The notes under the pieces: model-generated
Database searches by the model: none
What the model was told of the DNA's origin: nothing
The model's input: only the letters and a program-made list of their open reading frames with translations
Position numbers and translations under genes: made by a program
From: Ignavibacteriota bacterium
Lineage (GTDB): Bacteria; Bacteroidota; Ignavibacteria; UBA10030
DNA: 64,000 nt
Direction of reading: 5' to 3'
Assembly: GCA_963727825.1 (NCBI GenBank)
Contig: CAVSHO010000001.1
Coordinates: forward strand, 224,001-288,000
Part shown: in pieces, positions 49,567 to 61,755 of the stretch
Position numbering within the stretch: the stretch's first letter is position 1
How the letters are laid out: each line of letters opens with the position of its first letter

Positions 49567-50045
49567 TGGGTGATGTCGTTACACTTGCAGACTTGGTACA
49601 AATTAGAGAAAAGTTAAAGCGTGAAGGAAAGAAAGTTATTTTCACAAATGGTTGTTTCGATATCGTGCACCGAGGACATGTTGAATATTTAACAAAGGCT
49701 AAAGCGCTTGGGGATGTGCTTCTAGTTGGCATGAATACGGATGCATCTGTTAGACGCCTTAAAGGAACTGGTAGGCCAATTGTATGCCAAGATGATCGCG
49801 CCTTGGTGCTTGCCGCCTTTCGTGTGGTTGACTATGTATGCCTCTTTGATGAAGATACGCCTCTCGCACTCATTAAAGCCATTGTGCCGGATGTACTTGT
49901 GAAAGGTTCCGACTGGACGATTGATACCATTGTAGGTAAAGATATTGTCGAGGCAGCAGGAGGCGCGGTGAAAACAATTGACTTTGTTCCCAATCGCTCT
50001 ACAACAAACATTATTAAAAAAATGCAGACGGCAAAGCGCATTTAA
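49563..50045 (+). CDS. rfaE2: D-glycero-beta-D-manno-heptose-1-phosphate adenylyltransferase
   Basis: FTNGCFDIVHRGH, SVRRLKG, LVKGSDW, STTNII. Confidence 0.96.
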   Translation: MMGDVVTLADLVQIREKLKREGKKVIFTNGCFDIVHRGHVEYLTKAKALGDVLLVGMNTDASVRRLKGTGRPIVCQDDRALVLAAFRVVDYVCLFDEDTPLALIKAIVPDVLVKGSDWTIDTIVGKDIVEAAGGAVKTIDFVPNRSTTNIIKKMQTAKRI

Positions 50046-50117
50046 TGAGCACCGGATATTTTATTGCACGTATGCACCGTTGTATTGCTTTTTTGTTCTT
50101 CGTAATGTGCCGATGGA

Positions 50118-53100
50118 ATGAATAACGTGCGCAGATTTTTCCGAATTACATATTACATTGTCGGTATTTTTTTATTTAGCGTTATTGCTATAATCGGGTA
50201 CACACAGACCCGGTCATTTAAAACTGTACCTTCGCGATCTCCTCTTGCGTGAATCCGTAACCCTCAGCAACGGTGAACTTCAACTTGGTGCAATCGATGG
50301 TAATCTCATCACCGGGTTCAGGATTAATAACATCACAATAACCGAACGTGGTATCGAGCTTCTTTCGGCTAAACAAGTCGAATTGAAATATGATCCGTTT
50401 GGGCTGCTTTTTAAGCATGTAGGAATCAGCAATGCCGTTATTGTAAAACCTGTCATCCATATCTATCGATCCATTGACGGCACAACAAACATTACTCGGC
50501 TTATAAAACCGACACCGACCGATACGATTTCTTCAGGGTGGAATATTGATATCAAGAGGTTGGAATTAGCGGACGCAGAAGTGCTTTTCATTGATTCGCT
50601 TCTGCTTCATCAACGGCAGAATGGAGAACGTGAGGTACCGCCGGATAGCGTTATCGACTACGCCCATATTCATCTCCTCGCGCATACGCTTGTAGTTTCT
50701 GCACAAATAGAAAACAATAAATATGCTGCGAAGATAAGAAATTTTTCTGCGGCAATTTATTGCGATAGGCAATCTGCTTCATCTGCTACAGAAAAAATAT
50801 TAACAGGGCAGAATCAAACGCCGGTATTTATGCTCGAACACCTTAGTGGCGATTTCCTATTGACGAAAAATGAAGTAAACGCACGGAATGTGAATATCGA
50901 AACACAAAAGACACATATCCATTTCGATGCTGGAATTAAGGGAATTGATATTACACACCTTTCTAGTATAGAAGAATTGAAGACAATCCCAGTAAATCTC
51001 TCATTAGCAGCGGATGATATTGATACGAGGGAATTGAAACAATTTCTATATCCATCTGTAGATTTTCTTGATCATGCACTAAAACTTCAATTGAAAGCAA
51101 GCGGAACATTTAGAGAATTGAACGTTGAACAGCTTTCTATCCAAATGCCGAATTCATTAGTGAAACTCCGCGGTCAGGTCCGCAATATTCACCATCCCCG
51201 TGATTTGGAAATGACAGTGGAGGCAAGCAACAACTACATTGCGCCGCACGATATCCTTGACTATCTGCCGGGTCTTCATCTGCCCGACCTGACTTTTCTC
51301 GGTTCTGTGAAATATTCGCTAATGTATGAAGGGCGGCCGTTGAATTTTAAGACTCACTTTATAGGAAATACTACGGCCGGAGACATTGATATCAATGGAA
51401 AGATTAAAATCGATCCAACGAATACCGCCTATTCAGGTACCGTAGACGTTCATTCATTGGCATTGGAAACTATTTTGAAAAGTCAAAAATATGCCAGCAA
51501 TTTTAACGCAAAGATAAGTATAGATGGAACTGGTTTTAATCTGCGCACTATGACTGGGATAATGAAAGTGGAAATGGATTCCTCCTCGTTCACTGGACTG
51601 TCAATTCAGCATTCAGTTTTCGTATTTGATGTTGCTGATGGAATGCTGCGGTCTCATGTGGCAGCTTCTGTAGGAAGCGGAACCTATGAGATATCAAGTC
51701 TTCTCACATCATTTCGTAAAGATTCAACAAGTTATAACATCTCTGGAAGAATTCGATCGTTGGATCTTGCCGATTTGCTGAAAGATCCACAATACGGAAG
51801 TGATTTGTCATTTGACCTTAACGCCAATGGAACAATCGGCGCATCGACACGATCTGATACAGCAGAAATACATTTTTATCGTTCAGCTTTCGCGTCACAG
51901 GTATTCGAGTCGGGGCAGGCAAAGGCAATGTTTCAGGCGAAAGATAGTACGCACAGTACATTGCAGATATCATCAACAATGGGCGATTTGGATGTGAGTG
52001 GCAATTTTACACCTGCATCATTTATCGCAGCGTGGCAAAATTCTTATCAGCTTGTAACTGAGGGAATTGCATATAGGTTTCAAAGTCTTGACTCAATCCG
52101 CTCGTTCAACAGATACATGGCCTCAACGCAAAAATACCATCCTTTGCATGTGTCTGGTGTCAATCCGATTAATGCACAATATCGTTTACAAATAAAAGAT
52201 TTTAAACCGATAGGCGCTTTCATTCATTTACCGCTTGCAGGACAGGGAATAGTGGCAGGTCAAGTTGTAGGAGATTCGTCTGGAATGCAACTTAACGGCA
52301 AAGCGGATGTTGAACAATTTGAACTTGATGCTCCATCAGATACCTTGACTACAGACCTCGCATCGTTTAAATATTTCTTTGGTGGCGTTGGATACGAAAA
52401 ACTGTTTGAGAAATTCCATGCATCCGTCGAACCAGATCTTAGCAATTTTGAGATTAACGGACTTCTTTTCAATTCAGTTTCAGGCAAAATTAGTGTGAAT
52501 TCTGATTCGAGCGATTTTCAATTTTCGGCATACATCGATTCTACTGCACGTATTGAAATCGAAGGTAAATCGCATGTCAATGCTAACTTAATGAAATTTA
52601 ATATTGCTCGATTGAAAACAGAGATAGGGCAGTACATTGCTGAAAACAGAGACACTGTTCAATTGGTATTTGGGCGCGACGGATTTTACATCAATGCGTT
52701 CACGATAGCACATGAAGAAGAAGAAGCAAAATTGGCGGGATACTTTAGTCCGACTGGGATTTCGGATTTGAATATCTCGCTCAATAGATTTCTTTTATCC
52801 GATCTGAGACAAATTCTTTATCGCGGCCCATATGGCAAATCTTCCACACAATTTAACGGGTTAATGAATGCGATAACTCTTTTTCGCGGCAGTTTTAGGC
52901 ATCCAAATATTGTTATAGATATGCATGCAAATGATGTCAATGCAATTGATTTGATACAGAACAAACATAAAATTCTCGGCAGAATCGATTCGCATATCTC
53001 ATACTTTGAATATGTTCTTGGATTGGACGTAAAATTTACAGGCCGGTCTGGGGACCCACAAGCCCCGCCAGATCTGCTGCTTTTTGGATCACTACCATAT

Positions 53101-54789
53101 GATTTTGTGCTTGCACATGAAGCACCGCATAAATTGGAGGGGTACGTAGACATTACGCTGAAATCCACTGGCTTGAATTTGGAAGTGCTTGAACCATTTA
53201 TTCCTATTATTTCAAATCTTTCGGGAGTAATGACGTGCGATATGCAGATGAAAGGTCCAATCGATGCCCCGCTGTATAAAGGATTAATGTCGATTCGGAA
53301 TGCGAACTTTGTTTTTGATCCGCTTGGAATGCCGTTTGTCTTGAATGGAGATTTGGTTCCAGCAGGAGACCGAATTAATTTGGAAAAGTTCACTATTCAG
53401 AATGACCCAAAAGAACGTTTACACGTCGGAACAATGAAAGTTGGTGGAAACTTCACTCTTCTTGGATTAAATTTTAAACAATTTGATATACTGGCACAAG
53501 GCGATTTAAAGGTTATGAGCGAAGAGAAACGGCTTGCGGGGCAAAAACTATATGGTAATTTATTTGCAGCGACCGGACAAAATGGTCTTGTATGGCAAGG
53601 TAATCTCTCTACTTCTATAGTTCGCGGCGAAGTGTTTGTGAAAGATGCAGCGTTAATTCTTCCGCCGGAACGCGAGACAGAATCAGCTCGTACAGATAAT
53701 GTGAACATCACGTTTAAGGATGATACGTCGCGTGTAGATTCTAAAACCATGGAAATATTAAGTGAGCCTAATGGAAAGATAAAATCTAATCAGTCGACTA
53801 GTAAAACAATGAAGGACGGAATGTCTCCTTCTGTATCAAAGATGATTCACAATTCGTTTCTTGATGGCATCAGTTATGATGTTAGTATTGAAACGCAGGG
53901 ACCAACTACTCTCCGCTTTGTCTTCAACACTCAAACGGGTGAGCAGCTTTTTGCAGACCTTCAAGGTAAGCTCGATTTCAATCGTACGCCGGAAATGTCA
54001 CGTTTGACTGGTCAAGTCGAACTCAGTAATCGTTCTTACTATTACAACATTAAGAAGCTTGAAGCGACAGGGAAGTTACTTTTCACAGGCAATGTCCTTA
54101 ATCCTGAACTTGATGTTACTGCAACATATGAGGGACCGCATGATACTACCTCAATTCAAACTTCATCAATTCAGACACAATCAACAGGAAATATTTCTGG
54201 AACCAGTAAAGCACCACAAGTATTGGTCACACTTAAAATCACCGGAACAAGGAATGAACCAAAGACAAAGTTTTCATTACAAACAAAAACATATTCGGAT
54301 AAAGAATGGAGCAGTAGCACCAATTGGAAAGAAGGTGACGATGAAGGCAATGCTATTTCTTTTATCCTTTTCGGTCAATTCCACAATGAACTCTCAGACC
54401 AACAACGGATGGGGCTTATAGGAACAAATCTTGGAATTGCACTGGCCTGGGGAAGTGTTTCCGGATTGATTAGTGAACAGCTCCGCCGCAGCACGTCGGG
54501 TTATATCCAGTCTATGGATGTAATTTATGCCGGCGGGCAATATCAGTCGACAGATCTTCGATTGACTGGACAGGTGGGTGAAGCCGTTGTCCGTGCCGGA
54601 GGACAAGTCTTGAGTGACTTGGCAAACACGAATTTCAGTGTCGAACTTCCTATGAGTTATATAGTCAATTCCGAGCGATACCGTAATCTTATTCTGACGC
54701 TTGAGCGCCGCGTTGAAGATATCCAAAATGCAGATGAACAACGCCGTGCCTCCAATGGTGTCCGGTTGTTCTATCGCATTGTTTTTTAA
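50118..54789 (+). CDS. tamB: TamB/AsmA-like translocation and assembly module protein; frameshift near 50227
   Basis: N-terminal TM anchor MNNVRRFF..GYTQTRSFKT joins YLRDLLLRES after +1; long beta-taco body; FTGNVLNPELDVTA DUF490-like end, terminal F. Confidence 0.8.
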
Positions 54790-54848
54790 ATAATTGTTAG
54801 TGATTAGACAATTTATATTTCACGATCCATTCCTACAAGGAGTTCTTA

Positions 54849-57062
54849 GTGTTAAACAAAAGTACTGGCGAGAGTTTTGAATCGCTTCATGAACGCATAC
54901 CGCAATTTCTCGCTCGCTTCCCTAATGAGTCATTCAAATTCAAAGAATTAGCACGACGTTTAGGTATCCGTAACGAGAAAGATGAACAAATCTTAAAACG
55001 GGTGCTTCGATCACTGCAAGACGAAAAAAAGATTTTAATAATACGTGGAAATAAATACGGTTATCTTCACGAAACACAAATCTTGTTTGGTTCTTTAGAA
55101 GTCACATCTCGTGGTTTTGGTATTGTGACTGTTGAAGAAGGCGGAGAAGAAATTTTCATTCAGCCGGATAATTTAGGGGATGCCGCTCATGATGATACGG
55201 TAGAGGTATCGCTGTTAGCGCAAAGCACAAAACAGAAGGAACGCGGCGCTCGACGCGAGGGTGAAGTTGTACGAATTATCAAGCGTGGAATTCAAACATT
55301 TGTCGGAACGGTTGAACGAAATCATAAACAATTCTTCGTTGTACCGGATGAGCGCCGCTTAGCGCGAGAAATATCAATTGCAAAAGAATATTTGCATGAA
55401 GCAAAAGAAGGCGATAAAGTTGTAGTAAAAATGACAGTGTGGGGAAAGCATCATCAAAATTCTGAAGGTCAAGTTGTAGAAGTGCTTGGGAAGTCAGGCG
55501 AGTTATCGGCAGAAATAAAATCTGTAGCACGCGAATATCATTTAATGATCGAATTTCCTAAGGAAGTTTTATTGGAAACGGATGCTGTATCTTCCGATAT
55601 TCCCCAAACTGAAATAGCCCGCAGACGTGATCTCCGCCATCTGCTTTGCTTTACTATTGATCCAGAAGATGCTAAAGATTTTGATGATGCAGTTTCGCTT
55701 GAGCCGCTGCCAGATGGAAACTTCCATCTAGGCGTACACATTGCAGATGTATCACACTACATAACAGCTGGAAGTGAATTGGATAAGGAGGCACTCAAAC
55801 GCAGCACAAGTGTCTATTTTCCAAACGGCGTCATTCCCATGCTTCCGGAAAAACTTTCCAACGGCTTATGCAGTCTTCGCCCCAATGAAAACCGATTGGC
55901 GTTTACTGTTTTCATGAACGTTTCGCCACATGGCAGTGTTAAAGAATATGAGATTGTGGAAAGCGTTATTCGCAGTAAGCAGCGATTCAGTTATGAACGC
56001 GTCCAGAAACTCATTGACTCATTAAAACGAAACCATGTGATATCGTCGAGTGATACACCATTTGCCGAAGTTATCAGGCAGATGTATCAATTGAGTGCAA
56101 TATTAATGAAGAAACGGATGAAAGAAGGCAGCATTGACTTTGATTCTGCAGAAGCGAAGTTTGAATTTGATGAACAGGGAAAGCCGATCAAAATTATTAA
56201 GAAAGTACGCTTAGAAAGTCATCGGCTAGTGGAAGAATTTATGTTATTGGCAAATCGGGTGGTAGCACGGCATATTGGATTAGCTAAGAAGGAAGAACAG
56301 GCAAAGCCGTTTCTGTACCGCGTTCACGATTCACCCGATCCAGAGCGAATCGGCGAACTTGCAGCGTTTGTAGATAAATTTGGATTTAAACTGAACACAG
56401 ACAGCGGTGTAACGTCTAAATCTTTGCAGCAGCTTCTTAACCAAGTGAAGGGCACGGAAGTCGAAAATGTGATCAATGAGGTGGCATTAAGATCCATGGC
56501 GAAGGCTGTATATTCCGATCGCAACATCGGTCACTATGGTTTAGGTTTTGACTACTATTCGCATTTTACTTCGCCGATAAGACGGTACCCGGATTTAATT
56601 GTTCATCGGATGTTGAAACAATACGCAGCAGGTATTTCACTACAGGAACGTAATACGCTTCGCCAGAGGTTACCGTACATCGCTAAACAATCGTCTGTGA
56701 TGGAGCGGCTGGCAATGGAAGCTGAACGCGCTGCTGTGAAAGTAATGCAAGTGGAATATATGAAGCACCATATTGGTGACGAATTCCACGCCGTAATTTC
56801 CGGTGTAACAAACTTCGGCATCTTTGTCGAACTGACGGATTTACTGGTGCAGGGACTGCTCCATGTGCGCGACCTTAGCGACGATTATTACATTTATGAT
56901 GAAAAGCAGTATACATTGAAAGGAAAACGAAAAGGTAAGCAATATCGCCTTGGTGATGCGTTGGAAGTAAAAGTTGTTCGTGTTAATCCGGAAGACCGCC
57001 AGATTGATTTTGTTCTAGTAGAAAAAGACGAAGAAAAAGTTCCCAGGCGGCGTAAACACTAA
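54849..57062 (+). CDS. rnr: Ribonuclease R
   Basis: TIDPEDAKDFDDA, HIADVS, EEFMLLAN, HFTSPIRRYPDL, S1 domain, basic tail. Confidence 0.97.
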   Translation: MLNKSTGESFESLHERIPQFLARFPNESFKFKELARRLGIRNEKDEQILKRVLRSLQDEKKILIIRGNKYGYLHETQILFGSLEVTSRGFGIVTVEEGGEEIFIQPDNLGDAAHDDTVEVSLLAQSTKQKERGARREGEVVRIIKRGIQTFVGTVERNHKQFFVVPDERRLAREISIAKEYLHEAKEGDKVVVKMTVWGKHHQNSEGQVVEVLGKSGELSAEIKSVAREYHLMIEFPKEVLLETDAVSSDIPQTEIARRRDLRHLLCFTIDPEDAKDFDDAVSLEPLPDGNFHLGVHIADVSHYITAGSELDKEALKRSTSVYFPNGVIPMLPEKLSNGLCSLRPNENRLAFTVFMNVSPHGSVKEYEIVESVIRSKQRFSYERVQKLIDSLKRNHVISSSDTPFAEVIRQMYQLSAILMKKRMKEGSIDFDSAEAKFEFDEQGKPIKIIKKVRLESHRLVEEFMLLANRVVARHIGLAKKEEQAKPFLYRVHDSPDPERIGELAAFVDKFGFKLNTDSGVTSKSLQQLLNQVKGTEVENVINEVALRSMAKAVYSDRNIGHYGLGFDYYSHFTSPIRRYPDLIVHRMLKQYAAGISLQERNTLRQRLPYIAKQSSVMERLAMEAERAAVKVMQVEYMKHHIGDEFHAVISGVTNFGIFVELTDLLVQGLLHVRDLSDDYYIYDEKQYTLKGKRKGKQYRLGDALEVKVVRVNPEDRQIDFVLVEKDEEKVPRRRKH

Positions 57063-57263
57063 TATATCAAGCATATGAGTAATTAAGCCATTGAGCTAAT
57101 ATGTTTTTTCATATCGACGAATGGTCTACATATTGATTTAACTGCTCACAAGCTTATAGGCTAGTAAATATTTCCAAACAAGCTTTGAATTGCTTTTCGA
57201 TACGTTTTTATCTAAAATATTTTTTTAGAAGAATAAATTCAAGATAAGAAAGATAAGAATATT

Positions 57264-60200
57264 ATGCGCAGGTTTATTCTCATTAGCTTGATTCTCTGCG
57301 AAATTGCAGTGGAGGCGAATGCACAGAACTCCGTCTTCGGCAAGAATAAGGTTCAGTATAAGGATTTCCATTGGCAATATATTCAGACTGATCACTTTGA
57401 TATTTATTTCTCGCAGGACGGTTACGATCTTGCGCAATTCGCAGCAAACGCGGCAGAAGCTTCATATATTTCTATAAAGAAACTTCTACGTTATGAAATT
57501 AATAACCGAATTTCCATTGTCGTTTATAACTCACATAACGAATTCCAGCAAACAAATGTTGTGGCCGAATATATGGAAGAAGGTATCGGGGGAGTAACAG
57601 AATTATTTAAGAATCGAGTTGTCGTTCCATTTGAAGGAAGCTATGGGCAATTTCGGCATGTAATCCATCACGAATTAGTGCATGCGGTATTAAATGACAT
57701 GTTTTATGGCGGCACAATTCAATCTCTTATCTCTAACAGAGCGCCAGTACAGCTGCCAATGTGGATGAACGAAGGCATTGCAGAATATGCATCGTTGAGA
57801 TGGGATAATAATTCGGATATGTTTCTGCGCGATGCAACTGTGCACAATTATCTGCCGCAAATAGATTATCTCAGCGGATATTTTGCATACCGAGGCGGGC
57901 AATCGGTATGGTATTACATTGCAAATAAATATGGCGAGCAAAAGATTGCAGAGATATTCAGTCAGATAAAAAGCGCCCGTAGCATCGAAAAGGGATTTAA
58001 ATCTGCAATTGGTTTGTCTGTAAAAGAACTTTCAGAACGTTGGCAAAAAGAACAAAAAGTGTACTACTGGCCGGATGTCGCAAAACGCGAAGAGCCGTCA
58101 GATTTTTCATATAAACGGATGACGAACCACACTAAGGATGGCAACTTTTATAATACCAGCCCTGCAATATCGCCGCAGGGCGATAAGATTGCATTTATCT
58201 CCGACCGAAATGATTATTTCGATGTTTATATAATGTCAGCAATGGATGGCGAGATTCTTGATAAGGTAGTAAGCGGACAAAAGACAAATAATTTTGAAGA
58301 AATGCACTTGCTGACACCGGGAATTACTTGGTCGCCGGACGGAAATAAACTTGCACTTGCAGTGAAGGCTGGTGAACGCGACGCCATATTTCTTGTAGAT
58401 ATTAAGTCCGGCAAACAGGAAAAGATTTATCTTGATTTAGACGGTGTGTTTTCGGTGAACTGGAGTAACGACGGTAATTTACTTACATTTGTCGGCGTTA
58501 AATCGCCGCAATCCGATATATATATCTATAATATAACTACCAAAGAAGTGAAGAATCTTACGAATGATATTTTCTCTGATAGTGATCCGATATTTTCACC
58601 TGACGATAAAACGATTTACTTCGCATCTGATCGTGGAGACATAACATCGCCATCTATGATTTCAAAGAACTTTAAAATCTGGAAATACGATTACGCCCAA
58701 ACCGATTTATACTCGCTCGATATTTCTTCCGGTATTATCCGGCGAATTACCGCACAACCCAATGGCAATAAAACTTCGCCTGTTATCTCACCGGATGGTA
58801 AAAAGATTTTATATATCGCAGATTTGAATGGCATCAACAATATCTACGCGCAGGAATTAGATTCTAACAAGTACTATCCTATTACCAATTCCATTAGCGG
58901 GCTGTATCAGCTCTCGCTTTCACACGACGGGTCCAAATTAGTGTTTGCATCTCTTAATGAAGCAGGATTTGATATTTACTTGATGCTGCACCCGTTAGAA
59001 CGAAAACTCAATGTTACGTCGCTTGAACCAACTGAATTTTACAAAATGAAATACAAGCTTCCCCGTGAAGAGAAACCAAAAGAAGTTGTTGCTCTTGCTT
59101 CATCATCCGATACGATTGCCGTACGTAGTAATGTTGCTGTGGTTGTTGATACAGCCGGTGCAGAAGCAACATATCGTCCAGGTTTGAAATCCGATCTTTC
59201 CACTTATGTTTTTTCGCCGGATGCAATGCACGATACAACGAAAGTGCCGCCGCCGATTTCACAAGTAGAAATTACGGATAATCAGGATGTCGACAGCAAT
59301 TATATCCCGCGTCGCTATAAGCTGAACTTCTCGCCTGACCTTATCTATGGTGCGGCGGCTGTCAATACTTTTTACGGATTAGAAGGAAGCACAATTCTAG
59401 CTTTCAGTGATATGCTTGGCGATCATCAGATTATTTTTCAAACGGATCTGTTGATCGATCTCAGAAACAGCGATTATGGACTTTCATACTATTATTTACC
59501 TGGACGCGTTGATTGGGGATTCCAGGCTTTTCATGATGCAAAGTTTCTGTATTTGGATTTGCAGGGTTCTTTATATGATACGCTCTACCGATTTGAAACG
59601 TGGGCCATCGGAGCTGTAGCGTCCTATCCGATAGATCGATTCAATCGCATCGATTGCTCTTTGATGTGGCTAAATCTCTCGCGAGATAATTTGGATAATA
59701 CTTCCAGCCCTTCGCAGCAGCGCTCGCTTATAATGCCGCTCGTTAGTTATGTGAATGACAATTCCATTTGGCAAGGGGAATGGTTTGGCCCTAACAACGG
59801 TTCGCGTTTCAACTTCACATTATATGGAACACCGAAGTTAAGCAATGACGGATTGGATATGCAAACATTTACAGCAGACTATCGAAAATACTCAAAATTG
59901 GCGAAAGATTTTATATTTGTCTATCGTCTTTCCGGTGGAATGAGCATCGGAAGTAATAGACAAAATTTTCTTCTTGGCGGGACGGAAGGATGGATGAATT
60001 ACCATCTTGCGACAAGCGAAATTCCCATAAACAATGTTGAAGATTTTGCATTTCTGACGCAGGTACTTCCATTGCGTGGGTATGATTATGCCCAGCAAAT
60101 TGGAACTAAGTTTGCTGTAACAAATGTGGAATTTCGTTTTCCGCTGCTGAAATATCTTGTCTTCGGCGCAGTGCCGATTGGTTTTACCAACATTCTTGGT

Positions 60201-60431
60201 ACAGCATTTGTTGATATGGGGTCTGCCTGGAGCGATGATCATTCATGGAGGGCATTCTGTAAAGATCCAAATGATGGCTCGATTGTAACGCAAGATTTGC
60301 TAATTGGAACCGGAATAGGAACGCGGCTCTTCCTTTTCGGGTTACCGATCCGCTTTGATATTGCGTGGAGATTTAGAGTAGGAAGTTTCTCTGAGCCATA
60401 TTATTACTTTGCTCTCGGCCCTGATTTCTAG
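57264..60431 (+). CDS. Omp85-family protein with gluzincin-like peptidase domain, PD40/TolB beta-propeller and barrel
   Basis: HELVH + NEGIAEY; SPDG/WSPDG repeats; LRGY, EFRFP, GIGTR, terminal F. Confidence 0.88.
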   Translation: MRRFILISLILCEIAVEANAQNSVFGKNKVQYKDFHWQYIQTDHFDIYFSQDGYDLAQFAANAAEASYISIKKLLRYEINNRISIVVYNSHNEFQQTNVVAEYMEEGIGGVTELFKNRVVVPFEGSYGQFRHVIHHELVHAVLNDMFYGGTIQSLISNRAPVQLPMWMNEGIAEYASLRWDNNSDMFLRDATVHNYLPQIDYLSGYFAYRGGQSVWYYIANKYGEQKIAEIFSQIKSARSIEKGFKSAIGLSVKELSERWQKEQKVYYWPDVAKREEPSDFSYKRMTNHTKDGNFYNTSPAISPQGDKIAFISDRNDYFDVYIMSAMDGEILDKVVSGQKTNNFEEMHLLTPGITWSPDGNKLALAVKAGERDAIFLVDIKSGKQEKIYLDLDGVFSVNWSNDGNLLTFVGVKSPQSDIYIYNITTKEVKNLTNDIFSDSDPIFSPDDKTIYFASDRGDITSPSMISKNFKIWKYDYAQTDLYSLDISSGIIRRITAQPNGNKTSPVISPDGKKILYIADLNGINNIYAQELDSNKYYPITNSISGLYQLSLSHDGSKLVFASLNEAGFDIYLMLHPLERKLNVTSLEPTEFYKMKYKLPREEKPKEVVALASSSDTIAVRSNVAVVVDTAGAEATYRPGLKSDLSTYVFSPDAMHDTTKVPPPISQVEITDNQDVDSNYIPRRYKLNFSPDLIYGAAAVNTFYGLEGSTILAFSDMLGDHQIIFQTDLLIDLRNSDYGLSYYYLPGRVDWGFQAFHDAKFLYLDLQGSLYDTLYRFETWAIGAVASYPIDRFNRIDCSLMWLNLSRDNLDNTSSPSQQRSLIMPLVSYVNDNSIWQGEWFGPNNGSRFNFTLYGTPKLSNDGLDMQTFTADYRKYSKLAKDFIFVYRLSGGMSIGSNRQNFLLGGTEGWMNYHLATSEIPINNVEDFAFLTQVLPLRGYDYAQQIGTKFAVTNVEFRFPLLKYLVFGAVPIGFTNILGTAFVDMGSAWSDDHSWRAFCKDPNDGSIVTQDLLIGTGIGTRLFLFGLPIRFDIAWRFRVGSFSEPYYYFALGPDF

Positions 60432-60556
60432 TGGATGTGTTCGATATCTATCAACATTTAAAAAAGGAAAGATGTCGGACTTTTTAACTACCGCTTGATA
60501 AAATATTCCTAACATCGACAAAAAATCACTAAACACCTTTACTTTCGGAGAATCAA

Positions 60557-61744
60557 ATGACAAAGTTATACTACTTATTGTTGCTGTTGATAACGTCTGT
60601 TGTACTTGCTCAGTCACCTGTTCCATCGGGAGCAGTACTGGAAAAGGTTGCAACGGGATTCCAGCAACCCGAAGGGCCTGTTTGGAAGGACGGCGCTGGA
60701 TTGCTCTTTAGCGATATCCAACGCAGCACTATTTATCGATGGTCGCAAATGGATAGTATCACAATATTTATGCATCCGTCCGATAGTTCCAACGGATTAA
60801 CTTTTGACCAGCAAGGACGCCTAATACTTACGCAGATGTTGTCGCGCCGCGTTGCCCGGCAGGAATTAAACGGTGATATAACTATTCTTGCGTCAACTTA
60901 TAATGGCAAGAAGTTCAACAGCCCTAACGATGTAGTGGTCAAATCTGATGGCTCAATATTTTTCACGGATCCAGATTTCAATATACCTGTAAATCAAAAG
61001 AAAGAGTTGACATTTCAAGGTATTTACAGAATAAGTCCTTCCGGTACTTTGTCGTTATTAGATTCTTCATTGAATAAACCCAATGGAATTTGTTTTTCGC
61101 TTGATGAAAAGAAGCTTTTTGTAAATGAATCGGCATTGGATAAAATTTATGTATGGGATGTAGTCAACGATTCAACAATTACAAACAAGAAACTATTTTA
61201 TGCAATTCCCATGCAGGGTTATGCAGATGGAATGAAAATTGATGCTGCTGGAAATATCTACTGCGCGGGTCCAATAGGTGTTTGGGTGATTTCCCCATCC
61301 GGAGTATGTCTAGATACGATTGTTATGCCAAATAAAGCAAGCGTATCCAACTGCAACTGGGGAGAGGCAGATAGAAAAACTCTCTATATCACTTCCGGAA
61401 GCAGCCTCTATAGAATTCGTTTAGCAACGGTGACTGGTGTTAAGGATCATGGATTTTTGCCCCCAAAGTCTTTTGAACTCTATGGTAATTATCCTAACCC
61501 ATTCAATCCATCAACTACGATATATTTTGTATTGCCTTATGAAAGCCGAGTGCTATTGGACGTATACGATATCCTAGGGCGCAAGGTCGACACACTTATC
61601 AATGGAACCATACAAGCGGGATATCACAATGTACAATTTACTCCAACGGAAATTGGCGACGGAATTTATTTATACCGTTTAACTGCAGATGCGGGAAAAT
61701 TAGGAATATATTCGGCGACCAAAAAGATGCTGGTAATCAAATAG
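60557..61744 (+). CDS. SMP-30/gluconolactonase with T9SS type A CTD
   Basis: EGPVW, FSDI, NSPND, PNGI, DGMKID, SNCNWG; NYPNPFNPST..KKMLVIK. Confidence 0.92.
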   Translation: MTKLYYLLLLLITSVVLAQSPVPSGAVLEKVATGFQQPEGPVWKDGAGLLFSDIQRSTIYRWSQMDSITIFMHPSDSSNGLTFDQQGRLILTQMLSRRVARQELNGDITILASTYNGKKFNSPNDVVVKSDGSIFFTDPDFNIPVNQKKELTFQGIYRISPSGTLSLLDSSLNKPNGICFSLDEKKLFVNESALDKIYVWDVVNDSTITNKKLFYAIPMQGYADGMKIDAAGNIYCAGPIGVWVISPSGVCLDTIVMPNKASVSNCNWGEADRKTLYITSGSSLYRIRLATVTGVKDHGFLPPKSFELYGNYPNPFNPSTTIYFVLPYESRVLLDVYDILGRKVDTLINGTIQAGYHNVQFTPTEIGDGIYLYRLTADAGKLGIYSATKKMLVIK

Positions 61745-61755
61745 TGATTCCGCGA

